The position numbers and the translations under genes were made by a program. Below are positions 1 through 15,223 of a stretch of DNA of 64,000 nucleotides, piece after piece. The notes beneath the pieces were generated by a model. That model saw only the letters and a program-made list of their open reading frames with translations. It was not told the DNA's origin and searched no databases. Origin of the DNA: Octopus sinensis (Eukaryota). How positions within the stretch are numbered: position 1 is the stretch's first letter; every line of letters begins with the position of its first letter. The stretch spans positions 31,310,001 through 31,374,000 of the forward strand of contig NC_043008.1 in assembly GCF_006345805.1 (NCBI RefSeq). Direction: 5' to 3'.

Positions 1-1633
1 GAGTAAGGGAATTATTGTTTTCTTTGACCTCAATACCTTACTGGATTTGAACTCAGAAGGGAGAGAACCAGAACAAATACCTCAAGGCATTTTGTCAAGG
101 GCTCTAATCATTTTGCCAATTTGTCACTTTCCATCAAATAATGATTTTTAACTGAAGTGGAAAGGCTATAAATTTGTGTAGGGTACAGAAGTAGGGAATT
201 GAATAGATCTCCAGTTCTTGACTTTGTTGAGTCTAGACATTTTCTTTCTTTCTCACTCACATTGTTTGTCTCTCTCTATTCCACACTCTCTTCTGCACAC
301 ATACACTCAGCAATGTATTTAGTGCTGGATCTGTATATGAAACAAAGGAAAGAAATTATGGGAAAGAGAGGGGAAGAGACTGTGTATGTGAGAGAGGGAG
401 AGAGACAGAGAAATGTACACAGATGGGTGCATGAGTGGGCTTACAATGAGAGTGAAGATAGCTTTTTTGGAGAAGAGGGTATTGTAGTAGTGATCAAAAA
501 TGTCAGAGAGAGGAATCATGACTGCAAATAAGATTTTGTAATTTATTGAAATAAAATCTTTTTGCCAATCAGCCAGAGAGCAGAGGCTATTGTAATAGAA
601 GTAGAAGTAATAGAGAAAATGGGGAAACAGCCTATCTTTCAGTGAGCTGTTATTGTAGTTGTCTTGGCCTTGACCTGTCATCAAAGACATTTCAGTTATC
701 ACCAACCTGCTTTTGTATATCTAGGAATACATATGCCAATGTGTCTTTTTTTTTTTCTTTTTCTTTGTAAGATAGGTTGGGATTTAACCCATTCAGATTA
801 TTCTGTCAAATGTAATAATGCTCAGTAATTCACAGGGTTTAGAGTTTATCTTCAATGATGTGATTGTTTATTTTAAGAATGGCATTGTAGGGTAAGTGTG
901 AGAGGCTCGATTTATGTTCCTGCTTGAACGTAAAGCAAGTAGAATATTTGGGCTGGATATGGCCAGCTTAGATGCTATAAAGCGTTAAGAGAATTTAGTT
1001 GCTACCTAGAGCAAGTCAACTGACTGCATCAAGACTCCAGTGTAGTGTATATGTAGAAAGATAGAGAGCAGTTAAGGAGCAGCTTGTAGTGGCATCATTG
1101 TCCCAGAATATCAGTGGTTTGTCTGGGATATTCTGGAGGAATTTCTCAAAATAAAGTTAGAATTTAATAACAACAACAATAAAAATTATACCTTCCCCTC
1201 ATCCTCCTCTCTACATGCTAGGTTTGTTTGCAATATGTTGAGATGGAAATATTTAATAGCATTTCAGAGACTTTTTTCTTTCTTTTCTTACTGAACTGAC
1301 TTTGGCTGACATAGAATCTCTCTGAGCTCTTTGAATTCTCTTTGTGTAGTTTTGGATATTGTTTTGGATGTGTCATCTGTAGTTATAGATTACTGGCTGA
1401 TGTTTCAAATACAGTTCTTTCTCTGCCTCCCTCTTTCTCTCTGCATTCCTTCATCTATATCTCCATCTCCCAGTCTTCCTCTCTCCTGAATGACTGCTGC
1501 CACACCTTTACACCAGCCCAGTGCATCCTGTGTGTTTGTACACCTGCTCCCACTTAACATTATTCAACAATAGTTGCAATACAACTTGCACAGCCAACAG
1601 TTCAAGCATTTCTTCATTTATTGTTTATTTATT

Positions 1634-1850
1634 TCTATCTATCTGTCTGTCTATCTATCTATCAATCAATCTATCTATCTATCTGTCTATCTGTATCTTT
1701 TGCTTTCAATCTTCCTCTTTTTCTATTTTCCACAATCTCTCTCTCTCTCTCTCATCCACTCATTCCTTATCTTTTCCCTCACTGTATTGCTATCTTTCTT
1801 TCTTAGACACACACACATACACACACACACACACACTCTCTCTCTCTGTG
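1634..1850. repeat. (TCTA)n, (CT)n and (CA)n microsatellite cluster
   Basis: Seen directly. Confidence 0.9.
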
Positions 1851-2382
1851 TCCCATACTCATTTTCTTTTGCATTTACACACAGACACAACTAGTGCAAT
1901 CTAATTTGTAACATTCTTTTTAGTCTCTAAAAACAGTTTTACATGTAATAATAATATTTAAGCTCTTCTTTTTAACTATTTTTAGTTGTTAACTTATAAT
2001 TTATTCATATCCTTGTGGGTTAATTCTCATTGAAAACATCAAATCAAGTTGTGATATGTTGCTATATTAAACATTTGCAGACAAACGTCTGTGAAATGAG
2101 TGGCATGTTGTGGAGACCAAAAGCTAAAAGACCCTTACACCTAATTTGAAACAAGAACATTCTGTGGAGCCACTGAACCTACGAGAACTAGTTGCCAGAT
2201 CACCCTCAAGTCACACATTCCAGTCATCATCATTATCATCATTTGATATTCACTTTTACATTCTTGCATGGGTCAGATGGAAGTTTTTGAGGTTGATTTC
2301 CTAGGGTTGGATACTCTTCTTATTGCCAACTCTTACATTCTTCCAAGCCAAGTAATATTTTTCTGTAGCTGGACATGTTTTT

Positions 2383-2632
2383 TTTATTTGTTTATTGCCC
2401 ACAAGGGGCTAAACGTAGAGAGGACAAACAAGGACAGACAAAGGGATTAAGTCGATTACATTGACCCCAGTGCATAACTGGTACTTATTTAATTGACCCC
2501 GAAAGGATAAGTCGACCATGGCGGAATTTGAACTCAGAACATAGCAGCAGACGAAATAGCGCTAAGCATTTCACCCAGTGTGCTAATGTTTCTGTCAGCT
2601 CGCCAGCTTATATGTCACCTTACATGTCGCCA
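2383..2632 (-). mobile_element. tRNA-derived SINE family 1 with ~17-bp TSD
   Basis: TSD tagYtggacatgttttt at 2366 and 2633; gaatttgaactc is the B box on the minus strand. Confidence 0.85.
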
Positions 2633-4087
2633 TAGTTGGACATGTTTTTCATGAAAGACTAAGAATGAACAGCCTTGCTTCTATGACAGTGATACTCCAT
2701 AGTGTCTAAACAAGGGTACAAACACACGCATCATCATCATCGTCGTCTTGCGTCCTCTTTCCATGCTGGCATGGGTTGGATGGTTTGAAACGAAGCTGGC
2801 TAGCAGGGAGTTGTCCAGATTCCAACTGTCTGCTGTGGCATGTTTTCTATGGCTGGTTGCCCTTCCTAATGCCAACCACTGCTGAGTGTGCTGAGAGCTT
2901 ATTACATGCCATCAGCACGGGTGTGTTAATGCACCACCAGCACAGGTACTTTTTAAGTGGCACCAGCACCTGAAGGACAAACCTGTAGGTGTGGGAGACT
3001 GCGATTTTACTTAGCTTGATGTGTCTTATCAAGTACAGCAAATCGCCACTCCCAGGCCATTGTCATTTCCCCAGTGAAATGGCTAGGGACCAGGAGGTGA
3101 TGATTTGCTGCATATGTATATATTACTAAATCCACTCACAAACCTTTGGTCGCCCTGAGTCTTATATGCAAGCTTGAGTCTATATTACATGGACTACAAA
3201 AGTCTTTTCCCTGATTATGTGATGCTGAAATTGGGTATATTTTATACCCTTGCATCTTTTATGCCATCAAATACATTATACTAACTGTTAGCACCCTCTC
3301 TTTCAGCCCCTCCCCCCCACAAAATTGTGGTCTTTTGTGTTTATATTAGAAATCCTTGTGTAAGGATGATGAATTAACAAAGATGGGGTTGTGTTACTTA
3401 AAAGCCCTATATTTAGTTCCATTCCTTTATATTCTGAGTTCAAATTCCACCAAGTATCACTTTTCATCTGTTCACAGTCAATAAAATGGATTTAGTTAAA
3501 GAAGAAATTGTAGAATCCATGACTTTCCTCAGGGTCTCCAGGACTAGCGAGATTTAGTGAGGAACTTATCCTTAACCTACAGACTTGGCCCAAATATTTG
3601 TAGCAAATTCTACTCTGCTAAGTGCTCTCAACAGGCCAGGTCATGGTATTATATGAAGCAACAGATTTAATTCATTGCCTTTTTCATGGACTTCTTCAGT
3701 CTCAGTCTACCAAATTTCGCTCACAAAAATTAGGTTGACCTAAGGCTGTGGTAGAAGATACTTGTCTAATGTGACGCCAGAGCCCAAATAGTTGCAGAAG
3801 CAAACTTGTTAACTAACCATGCAACTCAATCAAGTACTGCTGTGTATGTTGTGATGTGCTGGTGTTATTGTTGATGATAGAATTGTGACAGTTATATAGT
3901 TCTGCAAAATTAAGACCCAGTCGCTGTGTAACAAATCTGCATTTTTAATTTTAGCACATTTTCATTGCTAAAGACTGTGTCTTTGGGTTAACCTGTACCA
4001 CATTGTCTGGCAAGAACTTGAGTTTTCACATAAAAGCAGCATATCAGCATCAATTTTTTTTATTACATTTTTTTGAGGAAAATATTG

Positions 4088-4300
4088 GTTTCAAATTTTG
4101 GCATAAGGCCTGCAAGTTCCGGTAGGGGATAAGTTGATTACATCTATCCCAGTGCTCAACTGGAATTTATTTTGTTGACTCTAAAAGGATGAAACGCAAA
4201 GTCGACCTTGCTGGAATTAGAACTCAGAACATGAAGATAACCAAAATTCTTCTAAGCATTGTGCTCAGCATGCTAATGATTCTGCCAGCTTGCTGCCTTA
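4088..4300 (-). mobile_element. SINE family 1 (alternative tail) with 17-bp TSD
   Basis: TSD ttttRaggaaaatattg at 4071 and 4301. Confidence 0.8.
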
Positions 4301-7290
4301 TTTTAAGGAAAATATTGAAATGATATTACCAGTGAAAGGTGTGAATCATCTCAACCAAGAATGCGTGTGTACAAAACAGAAATAACTAAAATACATTCAG
4401 CTCTGCTTTCTTCCCTCGCATGCCCTATAATATTGATTTTATTACATAGGTACAAAGCCAAGATTTCTTGGAGCCAAGCTAAAGTTAATTGAATCAATCC
4501 TTTTACATTAATGGTAAATCATTTTATTGACTCCAGGATAGGATTGATATTAAAGTAGTGCAAACCCATAGGTCTTAGTTTTGATTCTCATTTTAAATAT
4601 GTCCTACTTTTTAATAGTAATTTCTGTTATAGATAGGACAAACAGAGCTGTGTGGTTAAGAAGTTCATTTCATAACCACATGGTTCTGGGCTCAGTCCTT
4701 TTGTGTAGTACCTTAGGTAAAGGACAAAGATATGTGATGCAGTGCTATACTCAAGAAGACCCACCCACCCACAACAGTAAAATTGAGATCCTAAAACCAA
4801 GGTGCCACTTAAAAAAACCATTGGTGTAGGTGCTGATGTCATGTAAAAACCATTGGTGTGAGTAATGGTGCCATGTAAAAAGCACCCAGTACATTCTGTG
4901 GAGTGATTGGCATTAGAAAGTGCATTCAGCCATAGAAACCAAACCAAGCAAACTATGGAACCTAATGTGACCCCTGGCTTTTCTAGTTCCTATCATGCAG
5001 TCCACACCATCAGCATTGCTTTACTTTTATGTGAAACTACTCATTTCCAAGCAAGGTTATATTTCCCCTTGACTGGATATGTTTTTATGGAAAATTAGAA
5101 ACAAATGACACCACTTGTATGACAGTGACATTCATTTACCACTATGTTGCATTGTCATCTTTTACTTGTTTCAGTCATTTAACTGCAGCCATGCTGGGGC
5201 ACTGTCTTGAAGAGTTTTAGTTGAATAAATCAACCCCAGGACTTATCATCTTTTTTAAGCTTAGTACTCATTCTCTTTTGCTGAATCGCTAAGTTACAGG
5301 GATGTAAACACACCAACAGCAATTGTTAAATGGAGGGACAACTGGAGGGACACGAAGGCACATATTCATATATATATATATATGATGGGCATCTACCAAG
5401 GCTTTAGTAGAAGACACTTGCCCAAGGTGTCACGCAATGGGACTGAACTTGGAACCATGTAATTGGGAAGCACGTTTCTTACCACACTGCCATGCCTGTG
5501 TCTACATATATATGTGTATGTATGTATATATGTATGACAGTCTTCTTTCAGTTTCCATCTACCAAAGGCCACTCACAAGGCTTTGGTCAGCCTGAGACTA
5601 TAGTAGAAGATGCTTGTCCAAGGTGCCATGCAATGGGACTGAACTCAAAACCACATAGTTGGAAAACAAAATTCTTAACCACACATCCATACCTGTGCCT
5701 ATAAAGGCATATACGTGTGTGTGTATGTGTGTAGGTTACAAATATGTGCATGTATAGATTTATGTACAAATATGTGTTGGGTGAGAGAGACAGAGAGAAA
5801 AAGATCATATGATAGATATGATATCAACAGCAAATAAAATAGCAGAATCAATTGAACCAATCACCCTAGTAAAACCCTTTGTGTAATAAAACACCTTTAT
5901 TGGTGGGAAAGCTCTTAACACCTCCTCAGTACAGCATTCTGAGTGTTTTTAATCCAATCACACTCAATTATTCTATGTAGGTGTCTATATACAGCTATAG
6001 AGTGTTCTGTCTGTGTATTGATGCAGAGATGTTAATGTGGTGGTATTCTGATACAGAGGCAAGCCTTTGTATTAGGAGGTGGCTACTTCACTTCTCAATT
6101 ACTATTAGAGGTTTTTTTTCTTTTTTCTTTTTAAATTCATCATTGTTGTTGTTATTGTTATTATTATTATTATCATTATTATTATTATTATTTCTCACCT
6201 TCATTGCAATTTTAAAAAAAAATCTGGTTGATGGTGATATTTTAGTAATTTAAGGGTTTTTTTCTCGTTTCTTTTTTTAGGTGAGGAATTAGTTGTTGGG
6301 TGGTGGTGGTGGTAGGTAACTTGGCAATAGAATAGCAAAAACCACAGAATGAATTGATTGTCTATCGGGTGGTTTTCACTCTTAAGAATTTAGTGCCAAT
6401 ATAAGACATATATATTCATTATTTATGCCAGACTACTCTGTGCTAAAAATGAACTTGACCTATAGATATAAGATTATACAACCAGTCCATAGGGCTTCAG
6501 TTCAAATCCATGCACAGGTAGTACTTTTTACTTTAATTCTACATGTCACTTCTCTTTCCAACTAGCTGTCAAGATGACCCAACAAGAGAGCTTCTATGTG
6601 GCTGTTGAAACTGCTAGAGATAGCAGCCAAAACTGTAAATTACACCTGAGCTGCTTAAAGGGAAAGGGTGCCTTGCACAATGGACTGTAGTCTCTATACA
6701 AAAAGATGGATGGTCATGGCTGGAATGTTTTGATCATAGATCTACTCGATCAGGATTGATTTAGTGCTAAACAATAACAAGCTGTTAAGACTAGACTAGA
6801 GGTAACTTGGACTTTTTGTAACATTTTCTTTGACAGTTTTGGCACTTTGTTAGAAGACAGATGTCTGTCACCTGGACAGACTCTTTTGAACTCTTGGCCT
6901 TTAACTTTTAGCATTGAAATTACTTTACCATATTTTTCATGTTGTTTTGAATTAATCATGTATTATCTCATAGCTTTTAAATTTGGATCATATTATTGTC
7001 TGTTTTTAGAATTGCATTGTAGGGTAAGTGTCAGAGGTTATTTCACGCCTGTTTGAACACAAAACAGGAAACATATTATGGCTGGTTTAAATGCTAAAGT
7101 GTTAAACCATTCATATCTGGCCCAAATATTTTAACTGCTTTATGTTCAGACTGGCCAGATCCAGTCTCTCACCCCTACCCTACAATGTCATTCTAAAAAT
7201 ATACATTCACATCATTGGAATCTCAAAGCTATGGGATAATGCATGATCAATTCAAAACAATGTGAATAAATAAGTGTTACATTAGAGAGT

Positions 7291-7669
7291 TTGGAGGCAC
7301 AATGGCCCAGTGGTTAAAGCAGCGAACTCGCGGTCTTAGGATCGCGGTTTCAGTTCCTATACTGGGCGTTGTGAGTGTTTCTTGAGCGAAAACACCTAAA
7401 GCTCCACGAGGCTCTGGCAGGAGGTGGGGTGAACCCTGCTGTACTCTTTCACCACAACTTTCTCTCACTCTTTCTTCCTGTTTCTGTTGTACCTGTATTT
7501 CAAAGGGCCAGCCTTATCACACTCAGTGTCATGCTGAATCTCCCCGAGAACTACGTTAAGGGTACACGTGTCTGTGGAGTGCTCAGCCACTTGCACGTTA
7601 ATTTCACGAGCAGGCTGTTCTGTTGATCGGATCAACTGGAACATTCGTCATAACTGACAGAGTGCTACC
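7291..7669 (+). mobile_element. tRNA-derived SINE family 3 with 12-bp TSD, nested in a piggyBac MITE
   Basis: TSD acattagagagt at 7279-7290 and 7670-7681; head tggcccagtggtta..ggtttcagttcc. Confidence 0.85.
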
Positions 7670-10633
7670 ACATTAGAGAGTAATCTTAATGCAAAAGAGT
7701 CGAGGCAGCTAATGTCCAGTTTGAATACCTAGAAGGCAGTGTATGGAGCAGTAACTGGAAAGTCTGATTGCAATGCTTGCAACAAAGTTTCACAGTGCTA
7801 AAAGTATTCTAGCATCAGATGTTAATGTTAAACCATGTGGTATATTAGGCCTAACTCTCAGCTCCGTAATGGAACTGGGTAGTTTGTGTAACATACCACT
7901 CCAAATTAAACTACTTAGTGTGAAAGGTTTACTGTCCAGAATTAGACTGGATGGTGTGTGAGGTCTAATACTCAGATGTAGGATAGAATTATTAAATAAT
8001 GAATAAACTGGTGGGAGATGTAAAAGCAGAATATTGGTCCCTTGAATTACTGGGCCAATCATTTCTACTAGTTAAAAAAAAGGTGGGAGCACCTTAGAAA
8101 ATGTAGGACTTGATAAGATAGGATGGTTACAGTGAGAATCTCTTTAATCATAAGTCTGCTTAACCAAACTTATGATCAAGTCCCTGGCACCAAACAACAA
8201 CAAAAATATTGTTTCTTAGTGGCTTCTGAGTTTAATCCATTAGTTTTCTGATCACTCTCCATCAAATGTAATGTTTATTTACTTACATTGTTTTGAATTA
8301 ATCATACATTATCTTATAGCTGTGAGATTCCAATTATGTGATTATTTATTTTTAGAATGACATTGTAGGATAAGTGTGAGAGGCTGGACCTGGACATTTT
8401 GAACATAAAACAAGTAGAATATTTGGGCTAGATATGGCTGGTTTAAATGCTAACTTAGCCTTTTTTTTAGAATGAAACAGTCACCAGTAACATGCCTAGC
8501 AATTGAGAGATCATAAAAGGCTTATGTATAATAAAAGACAAGAAATTTGATATAAAATGTTAGGATCAAAATTGGCAATAACATTATTCCAGTAATGTAT
8601 ATAAAAGAAAATATTTACTGATTTTTAGGCACAACATGTACAGGCTGCATCACTTTTGGGATCACATGATATTATGCAGTTTAAAAATCTTGGCAAGCTC
8701 TTTTCGCTGACAACTGTACATGTGAGGAGAACTACCTCATGGAAGTAAGCACAGAGTCAATTCACTAGTGGTTGGAAGGTAGTTAAACTGAAAGGGCAAT
8801 AATGGCCTGCTCACTTAGCCAGCAGGGTGGCTTCATCTTAAAAGCTTAAACAGTGCAAGGAAATAAGCCTCAGTATCCTGCAAGCCAGTTGGACCACTAC
8901 ATGGCAGTGCAGTGAAATCTTGAATGACCAGAGGCAGCTAAGAATCTCAGGTAACAATAGACTACCAAGGTAGCAGATAACAACCTTTGCTATTTGTACC
9001 TACAACTGTAGGCCTTTGGCTAGGAGAACCAGAATATATATATGATAGGCTTCTTTCAGTTTCCATTTACCAAATCCACTTACAAAACTTTGGTCAGCCT
9101 AGAGCTACATTAGAAGACATTTGCCAAAGGTACCATGCAACGGAACTGAACCCCAAAAACCATAAGGTTCAGAAGCAAATCTCTTACCACACAGCTGTAC
9201 ATGTGCCTATCGACTGACTACTAAAAATTAGAGGCAACATTGCTCATTATCGCCCTTCCACCCTCTATTCCTGTTTCTCGACCATTTTTTACCTGTGGAC
9301 TCCTTGATTCCTAATTCACTCTACTGGAGTGAGATAGGAACCAATAGCCATTCAATGTTTAAAAAAGCTTAATTTTTTTTTTATACAATTCCTAATAATA
9401 TTTAATTATAAAAAATATATTATTAAAATACCTTGAGAATTGTAGATGTATAACCAGTTTCTTGCACAAATTTTAACAACAAAATATTATATGAACCCCC
9501 AAGAGCTGTGTGGATCCCATTTAAGAACTACTGCTCTGTACCCTAACCATTCATTCCTTACGTACACATCCCAACCACCCCACACTGTGTCTTCACACTA
9601 TTCTTTTATTATCCAACATCCTTTTCCAATAATGCATCCCTTCCCCAAATACTTTAACTCTGCAAATGATTGATTTAGGCTGGAATTTTAAATATTTTAC
9701 ATTCTTTTTCTTTTACGTACATTATCTACGTAATTCTTTGTGATCTTGCCAAATGCACATACTTGCACATATACTCCTCTGTGTATAGACATATGCATTG
9801 CTGGTATACACACTCACAAACACTTATGCACATGTATGTATACATTTATACATGTAAATGTACTACACATAGTAGATATATGAATGTGTGTGTTTGTATA
9901 TTAGTATATATATATATATACACATACCATACTTGTAAAATATGAGAAATTTAATATGAAACATCATCAGGACCAAAATTAGGAGGATAGCATCATACTA
10001 GAGAATAGAAAAAGGAAGAAAACAGGGTCATATTATATTTGAGATCACAGTATAGAAATATGGTTTGTGTGTGTAAATGTGCAAATGTTCATACAAAAAC
10101 ACACTAATACATACATTCATATATCTATTCTCAAAACCTACAGCAATCTATTAAAGTTCTCCTAAAAACACCTCTCACTGTGTGATTAACTTTTAATGCT
10201 TTTCTTTCCTCTTCTTTTTCTTTTCTTTTTTTTCTCTCTCAATTTTATGAAAGTAAATGAGTTTTATGATGAAATGTGTTCAGTTTTGCAGAATTGGTGA
10301 TGCTAGATGTGTGGAGAAGAAAGATTTGTTATAAAAATTTAATCTTTTACAATATTGCTATTATGTATGCGTGCCTGCCTATCTGCCTGCACCCACTCTC
10401 ACATAAACACTTTTCAGCCATTTCACTTTTGCAGTTCTGAAATACTCTGTGTGTGAGTATGCATTGTATGTTTGCCTATATATTCTCATCATCTTGTTCA
10501 GATTTTTGATTCATTCCAAAGATACTTTATATGTATGTATATATATATATATACACACACATACACTTTACACACGTGTGTGTGTGTGTTTGTATATATA
10601 TATATATATATACACACACACTTTGCATATATG

Positions 10634-10666
<33 letters not shown>

Positions 10667-13043
10667 ATGTGTGTGTGCGTGTATGTATGTATATATTTAT
10701 AATATAAAGTATGCATAGTGTGTGTGTATATATATATTTATAATATAAAAAGTATGCATAGTGTGTGTGTGTATGTATGCGTATATATGTGTATATACAC
10801 ACAATACGTGTAGATATACATGCATACATATATTGCATTCTTTCATTTGATTAAAATTAATCACTAACTCTTCACAAATACACTTATTTTCATATAGAGC
10901 TCTAAGGGATATGTTCTGAATTTATTCAACCAATTTCTAATTCCAGTTATTTTGAAATATTTTCTTTAATTTTTTTTTTAATTTAATTTTATTTATTTAT
11001 CTATTTTTCATTAATTTACATTCTCTCCTCCACCTTCCCAATCAAAAGAATTTACCCAAGCTACTCTTTTGTTTCTGGTGGGGGTTTTAAGTCGGCTATT
11101 TTGCTATTTTTGCTGATTAACTCAAACTTCAATCCCCCCACCCCCACTACTCCAATAATAATAATAACAATAATTTTTTCTTAATGCATTAGATTGTAAT
11201 GAAATATATCATCACCATCATAATAATCATCATCATTGCCATTATATTTTAACTTTTAATTTTTGTTTTTTATGCTGGTTTTTAATTCAGTGAGGTTTTC
11301 AGTTAAGTATAGTGTTGTATTGTCTTACTTAAAACATTTGATCTAGTATTCTGCTGATCAATTTAAGGGATAAATCTCCTATCTAGCTTACTTAGTCTGT
11401 GTGCTTTGATTTAATCTCAGCACTAAAAGTTAAAATCATGTCTTGAATATCTAGCTTAACTGACAGTTTCATCATCATCATCTGTAAACACGTTATATAA
11501 TTATCTGGATATTTTTGCACTCTGTGAATGTCATTTTATATCCCCTTTTTTTTCTTTTTCTTTTTTCTCCATGTTCAAATGGATTGGACAAGACTTCTCC
11601 AGCTTGGTGTCAAACCAATTGTCACAGTCATTTGTTATTTCCTCTTTGAGGTTCATCTCCCTAATATCAATCTTCATTACATCTTCTCATGTTTTCCCCC
11701 AACCTTCTTCTTCTGCAGGATCCTTCCATTTGGATCACTTAACACTTTTATCTCACTGTTATCTTTCATCTCTGACACATGTCTGTAGTACCAACACAGT
11801 CTTCTCTCAACACACTACTACTACTACTAATACCTCTGATAGCCATTTTTTTTTTCCTTTCAGCTCACGTGTGCTCCATCATTCATGCACACTGGCATTT
11901 CACATCCAGTGGAGCATGCTAACATTCCAGTTATCCATGATAAACATGCTATATACCAGTTGTAAAGTATTAAGCAGATTGTGAACTTACAGCATAGAGA
12001 CTTGAAACTAATTATTGTGTAACATCAAGCCTACGAACATGTCTCCTTCTTTGCCATCTTTTCAATCTGTGTTATACAGTAAATCCTCAGACTGGGGCAA
12101 AATTATAAATCAATAGATGTGGTGGTGGTGGTGGTGGTGGTAGTAGTAGTATATTGACCTAACTTCAGTACATTACTGCTGTTATTTCTATTGACCTCAC
12201 AATGTAAAAGAAGTTGAGCTAATTCTGGTATGAATGTAATCATCATCATCATCATTTAACTTTTGTTTTCCATGCTGGCCTAGGTTAGACAGTTTCACCA
12301 GAGCTGGAAAGCTAGAGAATTTCACCACATTCCAGTCTGATTTGGCTTGGTTTCCACAGCTGGATGCCCTTCCTCATCAACCATTTTACAGTGTGTGCTG
12401 GTTTTTTTTTTTTTTTTTTGTGTGGTACTGGCACAAGTGTTTTTATATGACACACCAGAACAGGTGCTTTTTATGTGGCACAGCACTCTTGCAGGCCAAT
12501 CCTCTTCACCAGGAAAAGCAATCTTAACACTTCTGCTGTGGAAGACAGGTCTTCTTGAGTACAGCAAGGCACTGGGTATCTCGATCCTTTATCATCTTGT
12601 CTGAAAGGTTCAGTGTCCTTAGGTTGTCCTTCAGTATTTCATCCCATATCTTCCTGAGTCTCTGTTGAGTGAAATTTTAAGCTATACTATGACTGAATTT
12701 CAGGATTTACCATTTTTTGCCATAATAAAAAATAACTACACAGATTTCTCAGGGAACTCCCTACTTTAACTGTTTTGAGACCATCGTTGGTTCTATAATA
12801 TTATAAAGGTCCTCATTTAAAATGATCTAAATAAAAAAACCTTTCATCAAAGCTTATGTTCCAGTTATTTTTCTAAATTCTTCCTTATTTTCAAGATTAA
12901 TTGACACTAAGGCATTACATTTCAACAAAAATATGGTAACAAAAATATTAAATTGTAGCAAGGTAATTTTAATAACTGCCTCTACTTGGGCTTGATGGAG
13001 TTGTAGCAATGCCATTGTGATATATAGCATGTCTAAGGCATTT

Positions 13044-13267
13044 TTAACCCTTTCATTACCATTTTCATTTTAAAATACATGGCTTTTATTTCAGTTAATT
13101 TTTAAAATAATGAATATTTTAGTACAATAACATTTTAAAACTGGGTTTTGGAACACAAATTAACATGAAATTTTTATCAAAGCTTTTAATTTAGATAACT
13201 TTAAAACGGGAAGTTGGTCTGGCAGAACCATGGGCGGTCTGAAGCAGGTTAGTTTCAAATGGATTAA
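13044..13267. mobile_element. Second piggyBac-type MITE family
   Basis: ttaaccctttcattacc ... gtttcaaatggattaa. Relatives at ~12770-12950 (inverted) and 42730-43615 (interrupted). Confidence 0.6.
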
Positions 13268-14649
13268 ATCTAGCTGAATCCATCCCTCTCCAGATCTGTT
13301 TTACTGTGTTACTAGCACCAGTAATTGCTCTCTGAACTTTTTCCACTTCATTTTTGCTTTGTTTACTCTGCTTTCAGAACTCCCATTTCCACAACTAATT
13401 AGTGTAACAGGGAGCCTTTCAAATGTTTCAGAGGATTTATTTCTGGGCTGCTCTTACTGATAAATACTCCCATGCTCTTGCCACATTTGAGGTCTTCCTC
13501 TGTCAACTTGCATGTGATCCTACTGCACCTTGGGCACCCTGTATTTACATTGAGTGCACTATATGTAGTTCCTACCTACTTCATTTCTGTATGTATGTGT
13601 GTGTGAGTGTATATTTTCTATGTTGAGTATGCATGAGTGTTCACTTAACTGTGTACATGGTCTGCTTTTATATATCTGCACATGCCTGTCTGTATATGTT
13701 TCTGCACATCTGTCTGCTTGTATATACATGTTTCTTACATCAGTAGTTTGATGCCAGGTCACTCTTGATCAAACATACCTTTCAAAGATGTCACAGCTGT
13801 GACTATTCTCTGAACCTTTATTTCCAGACATAGTGTGCATGTGTGTGTGTATAACTATTATCTTTTACCTGTTTCAGTCACTAGACTGCAACCACTTGAG
13901 CATGTCCCTTAGTGGCTGACAATATGTGCATCTCTGATCATGAGCAGGGGTAGTGGGTAGCATCATAGCCATGTGTTAAGAGGGATTCTTTAGGGTTTGA
14001 ATAAATACCATAACAAAAGTAAAGTTTGAAGGCAGTATTAGGCATTTTTCATACTTTCTAGGGGTAAGCAAATGGGAAATAACATTTGCTAACCAAGGAC
14101 CAAAATTGTGTTCCACAGTGTAATCAAAGACATTTTTTGTTTACTTCTGTTTGCTATAATTCAGTTGATACTCACCACTCTTCCTTGTTTCGTTTTATCC
14201 TCTCTAAATCAGCAGATGTTCACCACTTCCTAACTTGATATTCATTACTCTGAATTTATCCTGTATACATCAGTCAAGTTTGCATTTCTCTGATCCTAAC
14301 TTCAAAAATACATTCTCATAGCTGTGGCCAGTGCCCCCTGACTGGCTCTCATGCTGCTGGCACATAAAAAAACACCATCTGAGCATGGCCGATGCCAGTA
14401 CCCCCTCACTGGCTCTTGTGTTGGTGGCACATAAAACACACCAACCAAACGTGGCCAATGCCAGGCCCACCTAACTGACTCCTGTGCTGGTGGCATGTAA
14501 AAAGCACCCACTACACTCTCAGAGTGGTTGGCATTAGGAAGGGCATTCAACTGTAGAAACATTGATCAGATTGGAGCCTGGAGCAGCCGCTGGCTCTCCA
14601 GACCTCAGTCAAACTGTCCACCCATGCCAGCATGGAAAACGGATGTTAA

Positions 14650-14869
14650 CCCTTTAGTGTTTAAACCAGCCATATCTGGCCCAGATATTCTACATGTTTT
14701 ATATTCAAACTGGCAATATCTAGCCTCTCACACCTACCCGACAATGTCATTCTAAATATAAACAATCACATCATTGAAACCTCAAAGCTATAAGATAATG
14801 CCTGATTAATTCAAAACAATTTGAGTGGAAAAGTATTACATTTAACAGAGTAATCTGAACATTAAAGGG
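14650..14869. mobile_element. piggyBac-type MITE, intact copy with TTAA TSD
   Basis: TTAA|CCCTTTAGTGTT ... AACATTAAAGGG|TTAA, inserted in the TTAA of an RTE-3'UTR-derived repeat. Related copies at ~784-988, 6901-7105, 7105-7290, 8233-8455, 15735-15950, 46695-46885, 62177-62397. Confidence 0.85.
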
Positions 14870-15223
14870 TTAAACGATGATGATATATATATATCCTCTA
14901 AGTGTCCTTCACTTTTAAAAATTTCTTTAGGCTGTGATTTAAGAGAGATTTGTGTTGTATTTACAACATCTGCATATGTGTCTATTTGTGTTTGACTTGT
15001 GTCGTAAATACAACACAAATTGTGTAAATACACAACAGTAAGTTCAAAAGTTTAGATGGCTGCAAGAACTGACTATCATAGTTGAATGTGTCCTGCCTAT
15101 GTGTATATGTCTTGGTGTGTGTGCACATGCTGTGCTTGTATATATGTGCTGTATGTGTATCTGCATGTGTTTTGCCTACATCTGCATATGTCTATATGTG
15201 TGTGCGCATGTGTACATATTTCT

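Noticed and set aside
7700-8070. ORFs 7773-7961 and 7790-8062
   Set aside because: No recognisable domain; probably old repeat debris.
10449-10838. YI/HT/CV-rich ORFs here and at 28.5, 32.2, 41.0, 49.0 and 59.8-60.4 kb
   Set aside because: Dinucleotide microsatellite artefacts.
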